Notes under the pieces: model-generated | What the model saw: the letters and a program-made list of their open reading frames with translations, nothing else | What the model was told of the DNA's origin: nothing | The model's database searches: none | Program-made: the position numbers and the translations under genes | DNA from: an uncultured virus (IMG/VR IMGVR_UViG_3300037307_000895) | Taxonomy: Duplodnaviria > Heunggongvirae > Uroviricota > Caudoviricetes | Reading direction: 5' to 3' (one strand) | DNA length: 64,000 bases | IMG/VR virus record: IMGVR_UViG_3300037307_000895 | In this document: one piece after another, positions 61,284-64,000 of the stretch | How the letters are laid out: each line of letters opens with the position of its first letter | How positions within the stretch are numbered: the stretch's first letter is position 1

Positions 61284-61718
61284 ATGTATTGCCCTCATTG
61301 TAAAAAATTGAATAAATGTTTCTGCTCTAATTGTAATAAAAATTCTGAAACAGAAGGAGTGATTATAATAGATAGGGAACATAATATGTACCGTTGTTAT
61401 TTTTGTGGAGAATTATTTCATGAACAAGACTCTGCGGATTATGAATGGGATATGATGATTGAAAGATTTGCAAGAGAAATATCTCCAGATGATTGTTTAG
61501 ATTGGTGGGAGTATGGTTTTAATAAATTTTTAAAAAATTTTAAAGAAATATCATATATAGAAGAAGAAAAAAAGAGAATTAAAAAATTAAAAGAAAAATA
61601 TGGAGAATTTGCATTAGAGCAAGCATTTAAAATTCACTTTAAATATCACCCAGACAATATAAATTGGGAAATATTTTATAAACTTAAACGAGAGAACACA
61701 ATAAATAAATTATTATGA
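61284..61718 (+). CDS. Zn-binding hypothetical protein, C-terminal RENTINKLL tag
   Basis: CPHC...C.C..C...CYFC. Confidence 0.6.
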   Translation: MYCPHCKKLNKCFCSNCNKNSETEGVIIIDREHNMYRCYFCGELFHEQDSADYEWDMMIERFAREISPDDCLDWWEYGFNKFLKNFKEISYIEEEKKRIKKLKEKYGEFALEQAFKIHFKYHPDNINWEIFYKLKRENTINKLL

Positions 61719-62146
61719 AAATTTCAAATAGAAAAGCATATTACGAATATAATATCATTAGAGAATTCATCTGTGGGATCAAATTACTTGGTTCTGAGGT
61801 AAAATCATTAAGAAATGGTGAAGCCAATATGCAAGACTCATATTGTTATGTTTTTAATAATGAGGTTTTTGTCAAGGGTCTTCATATTTCAAAAAACAAA
61901 ATGTCTTCTTATAACAATCACGAAGAAAAGAGAGATAGAAAATTACTTTTAACGAAAAAAGAAATCAGAAATATAATAGGTGAGACAAAGGCTAATAATG
62001 GTATGACTATTATTCCTTTGGAAATATTCGAATCCAACGGTAAATTTAAAATCAAAATAAGCTTAGCTAAAGGTAAAAAACTTCACGATAAACGAGAGTC
62101 AGTCAAGAAGAAAGAAATGGATAGAGAAATTAAAAATTACACATAA
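61715..62146 (+). CDS. smpB: SsrA-binding protein SmpB
   Basis: NRKAYYEY, G..L.GSEVKSLR, NH...R.RKLLL.KKEI, AKGKKLHDKRE. Confidence 0.95.
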   Translation: MKISNRKAYYEYNIIREFICGIKLLGSEVKSLRNGEANMQDSYCYVFNNEVFVKGLHISKNKMSSYNNHEEKRDRKLLLTKKEIRNIIGETKANNGMTIIPLEIFESNGKFKIKISLAKGKKLHDKRESVKKKEMDREIKNYT

Positions 62147-62147
62147 T

Positions 62148-62510
62148 ATGCACAGAGAAGACAATTCAAAATATCTACTTTTTATTGAGCCGAAAAAAGA
62201 AGATAAATTAAAAGAACCCATTAATGACGAACTAACACAAATGATGGAAATGGCTCTTTCTAAAGCAGAAAGAGGAGTATCTATGTACTCTTCTAAATCC
62301 GACAATGGAAATTTTAGAAAAGGTATAGGGTTTAAAGGATTCCACACAACAGATTGTGGTGAAAGGTCAGCATCAACAGATTTTTTATTAGAAAATGGAA
62401 TGATAACTAATTCATTAGCTCCTTTCTATTTAAGATGGTATAGATATTCTATACCCGAATCCGAAATGATTAAAGTAAAAAAATTAAAAGAATACTATGA
62501 AAATAATTAA
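62148..62510 (+). CDS. Hypothetical phage protein
   Basis: 120 aa, GFH...CG..S...D.LL.NG..TNSL. Confidence 0.6.
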   Translation: MHREDNSKYLLFIEPKKEDKLKEPINDELTQMMEMALSKAERGVSMYSSKSDNGNFRKGIGFKGFHTTDCGERSASTDFLLENGMITNSLAPFYLRWYRYSIPESEMIKVKKLKEYYENN

Positions 62511-62634
62511 ATGGTTTGAATGGATTTTTGATTTTTACATCGCACACTTTCTATATAACGAAAGAAAACTATACAGATATGATCGTTATATGAAAGAAAA
62601 ATGGGGTGATAAATATACTAAAATTAAAGACTAA
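62497..62634 (+). CDS. Small ORF not in track (45 aa, MKIIKWFEWIFDFY...)
   Basis: Open frame overlapping the upstream stop. Confidence 0.45.
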   Translation: MKIIKWFEWIFDFYIAHFLYNERKLYRYDRYMKEKWGDKYTKIKD

Positions 62635-62761
62635 ACATAGACTTCAATTTAGTCCAAAAATTTTTTAATAAAGATACAGAAGCCTTTATTATTTGTTTAT
62701 CATTAATCCAAATATCTGCAACTAAAATAACCGCAAATATAATACCTAGTAATTTAATCAT
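62624..62761 (-). CDS. Small membrane protein not in track (45 aa, MIKLLGIIFAVILVADIW...)
   Basis: Hydrophobic N-terminus; TAATATATA at 62781-62789 (-) upstream. Confidence 0.4.
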   Translation of the reverse strand: MIKLLGIIFAVILVADIWINDKQIIKASVSLLKNFWTKLKSMFSL

Positions 62762-62872
62762 AATTGTAATTTATTTTCGATATATATTAGATATAAAAAA
62801 AGAATTTAGTCTAAATATGGAAAAATTTTTGGTTTTTTAAACTTTTTTGTATCTTTGTGTTATAAATAACAA

Positions 62873-63098
62873 CTCGACACTTGATTTATTAGAAAATAAA
62901 TTAAGATAATAAAGGTAGAGTGTCAGAGCTTTATGATGGTAAGTAGTGACGAAATAGGCTTCTACTTCTCCAAGTCGAAAATTCACGAACCATCAAAATG
63001 TAAATTTAATAATTATATTAAATGAAACGGAGAAGGGGTTTAAGTAATATTAGTGGCATCGTTACTTATTATACCTATTAAGATGGATGTCACATTTT
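62873..63098 (+). ncRNA. Candidate independently transcribed structured ncRNA
   Basis: TATCTTTG at 62850-62857 upstream, strong hairpin downstream, no sizeable ORF, multiple helices and pseudoknots. Confidence 0.55.
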
Positions 63099-63106
63099 AG
63101 AAAAAA

Positions 63107-63138
63107 TTCCCCCTAATTGAAAAATTAGGGGGAAATTT
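63107..63138 (+). terminator. Strong hairpin, probable terminator
   Basis: ttccccctaatt-gaaa-aattagggggaa; short T-run on + strand, A-run upstream. Confidence 0.65.
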
Positions 63139-63177
63139 ACTAAAAGAGAGAATAAAAAGTTAATATATAAAAAAAGA

Positions 63178-63209
63178 TTTGGTGGATTCAAAAAGTCACC
63201 GTATCTTTG
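63178..63209 (+). promoter_or_regulatory. Bacteroidota sigma70-type promoter of the tRNA operon
   Basis: tttg 63178-63181, tatctttg 63202-63209, 20-nt spacer. Confidence 0.8.
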
Positions 63210-63242
63210 TGAAACAAATAAACAAATAAAAATATAATAGTC

Positions 63243-63341
63243 ATGTCATACGTTAGCAAACATAAACATTTTAGTAAGTTCCATTTTTGGTTTATCACCA
63301 AGAGTTCAGGAGCTATTGCTGATTTGTTTTATGACGAATAA
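63243..63341 (+). CDS. His/Phe-rich attenuator leader peptide (MSYVSKHKHFSKFHFWFITKSSGAIADLFYDE)
   Basis: 32-aa ORF with 3 His and 4 Phe in codons 7-17, between promoter and terminator. Confidence 0.75.
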   Translation: MSYVSKHKHFSKFHFWFITKSSGAIADLFYDE

Positions 63342-63366
63342 CGTGATTTAACAAAAGTAATAGGTG

Positions 63367-63398
63367 AAACCCTGAACTCAAAAAGTTCAGGGTTTTTT
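63367..63398 (+). terminator. Attenuator terminator (3:4 hairpin)
   Basis: aaaccctgaact-caaaa-agttcagggttt plus T-tract; 5' arm can instead pair with gagttcagg 63302-63310. Confidence 0.85.
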
Positions 63399-63418
63399 AT
63401 TGCTAAATTTTGATGATT

Positions 63419-63592
63419 ATGAAAACAATAAAACTAATCGCGAAAGCGAAGTTGAATATAAAGTCTCTCAAGGAAAAAAATAATAAATCAGAACTTCTGA
63501 TTGAAGAAAGTTGGTTAAAGTATCTTGAGAACAAAAGAAGAGAAGAGATAAAAGATAGGTCACTTATCATAGATAAAATACCTGTCATGTAA
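63419..63592 (+). CDS. Small basic protein lacking His and Phe
   Basis: 57 aa from ATG 63419; first gene after the attenuator. Confidence 0.5.
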   Translation: MKTIKLIAKAKLNIKSLKEKNNKSELLIEESWLKYLENKRREEIKDRSLIIDKIPVM

Positions 63593-63595
63593 TAT

Positions 63596-63686
63596 GGTGT
63601 CGTTGGTCCGAGTGGTCGAAGGAATCTGGCTGTGAACCAGAATGAGTGAACAACAAACAACACGGGTTCGAACCCCGTACGACACC
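63596..63686 (+). tRNA. tRNA-His(GTG), atypical, with about 20-nt variable region
   Basis: 8-bp GGTGTCGT/ACGACACC (G-1:C73), TCTGG-CTGTGAA-CCAGA, ACGGG-TTCGAAC-CCCGT. Confidence 0.8.
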
Positions 63687-63692
63687 CAAAAT

Positions 63693-63764
63693 GGAGACGG
63701 TAGCTCAGAGGGTAGAGCAACGGCAGAAAACCGTGTGTCGTTGGTTCGATTCCAGCCCTCTCCA
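63693..63764 (+). tRNA. tRNA-Phe(GAA), atypical (A33, bulged acceptor stem)
   Basis: GGAGAcGG/CCTCTCC, GCTC/GAGC D stem, ACGG-CAGAAAA-CCGT, GTTGG-TTCGATT-CCAGC. Confidence 0.7.
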
Positions 63765-63774
63765 CGAAACATAA

Positions 63775-63847
63775 GGTGCGGTATCTCAGTTGGTAGAGCG
63801 TGGGCCTGAAGAGCCCAGCGTCGGCGGTTCGAATCCGTCCCGCACCA
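63775..63847 (+). tRNA. tRNA-Phe(GAA) with G37
   Basis: GGTGCGG/CCGCACC, TGGGC-CTGAAGA-GCCCA, GGCGG-TTCGAAT-CCGTC, A73. Confidence 0.9.
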
Positions 63848-63857
63848 CTAAAAATAT

Positions 63858-63933
63858 GGTAAACAAGCTAACTTAGTAGAAGCGTTGGTCTGAAAAACCA
63901 AAGGATCCAGAGCGTAACTGGAGTTTACCACCA
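63858..63933 (+). tRNA. tRNA-Phe(GAA), atypical T-loop, encoded CCA
   Basis: GGTAAAC/GTTTACC-A-CCA, TTGGT-CTGAAAA-ACCAA, TCCAG-AGCGTAA-CTGGA. Confidence 0.8.
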
Positions 63934-63938
63934 AATAT

Positions 63939-64000
63939 GGAGTTTGTAGCTTAGTTGGTTAAAGCGTCAGTTTGTGGCACTGAAGAGCGTGGGTTCGAAT
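63939..64000 (+). tRNA. tRNA-His(GTG), truncated by window end
   Basis: GCTT/AAGC D stem, TCAGT-TTGTGGC-ACTGA, GTGGG-TTCGAAT. Confidence 0.85.

Noticed and set aside
2523..62347. Many short track ORFs nested in or antisense to confident genes (e.g. 2523-2861, 7127-7492, 27941-28354, 29345-29653, 41068-41349)
   Set aside because: They overlap well-supported genes and show the Ser/Phe/Ile-rich composition typical of shadow frames.
62873..63098. Calling this RNA tmRNA or RNase P RNA
   Set aside because: No GGGG...CCA tRNA-Ala-like ends, no T-arm, no evident tag frame, and no GAGGAAAGUCC RNase P signature.
63403..63772. Minus-strand ORFs 63403-63765 and 63560-63772
   Set aside because: Antisense shadows of the tRNA genes.
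1..64000. Alternative genetic code (TAG/TGA recoding as in some large Bacteroidota phages)
   Set aside because: Long conserved genes are intact in code 11, coding density is high, and TAG/TGA serve as normal stops.
1..64000. CRISPR array, IS element or integrase
   Set aside because: No regularly spaced direct repeats or transposase/integrase motifs were seen by eye.

Overview
AT-rich, gene-dense 64-kb segment of a jumbo/huge dsDNA bacteriophage in the standard genetic code. The host is most likely a Bacteroidota: TTTG-N19-20-TAnnTTTG promoters recur and start codons have A-rich leaders with no Shine-Dalgarno. It encodes replication/recombination enzymes (LigA, an ATP-type ligase core, RecA/UvsX, RuvC-like resolvase), large probable virion proteins, many host-like translation/transcription factors (GluRS, S1-like, YqeY, SmpB, GreA, ECF sigma), a prkA-yeaH-spoVR operon, IscU, thioredoxin, hemerythrin, seven tRNAs and many small hypothetical ORFs. 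The most striking observation is at the right end: a promoter, an unannotated 32-aa His/Phe-rich leader peptide and mutually exclusive 1:2 / 2:3 / 3:4 hairpins ending in a terminator. These precede a tRNA array that within the window contains only tRNA-His and tRNA-Phe variants, which looks like a ribosome-stalling attenuator that turns on phage tRNAs when those charged tRNAs run short. Also notable are a short R-x-x-K-I-x-x-I-L tag on about 30 unrelated proteins, an N-terminal MKxIKxFES-like tag (capsid-targeting-like) on more than 10 proteins including GluRS, and three pseudoknotted ncRNA candidates. All calls come from motif recognition and hand base-pairing; no database searches or folding programs were run.
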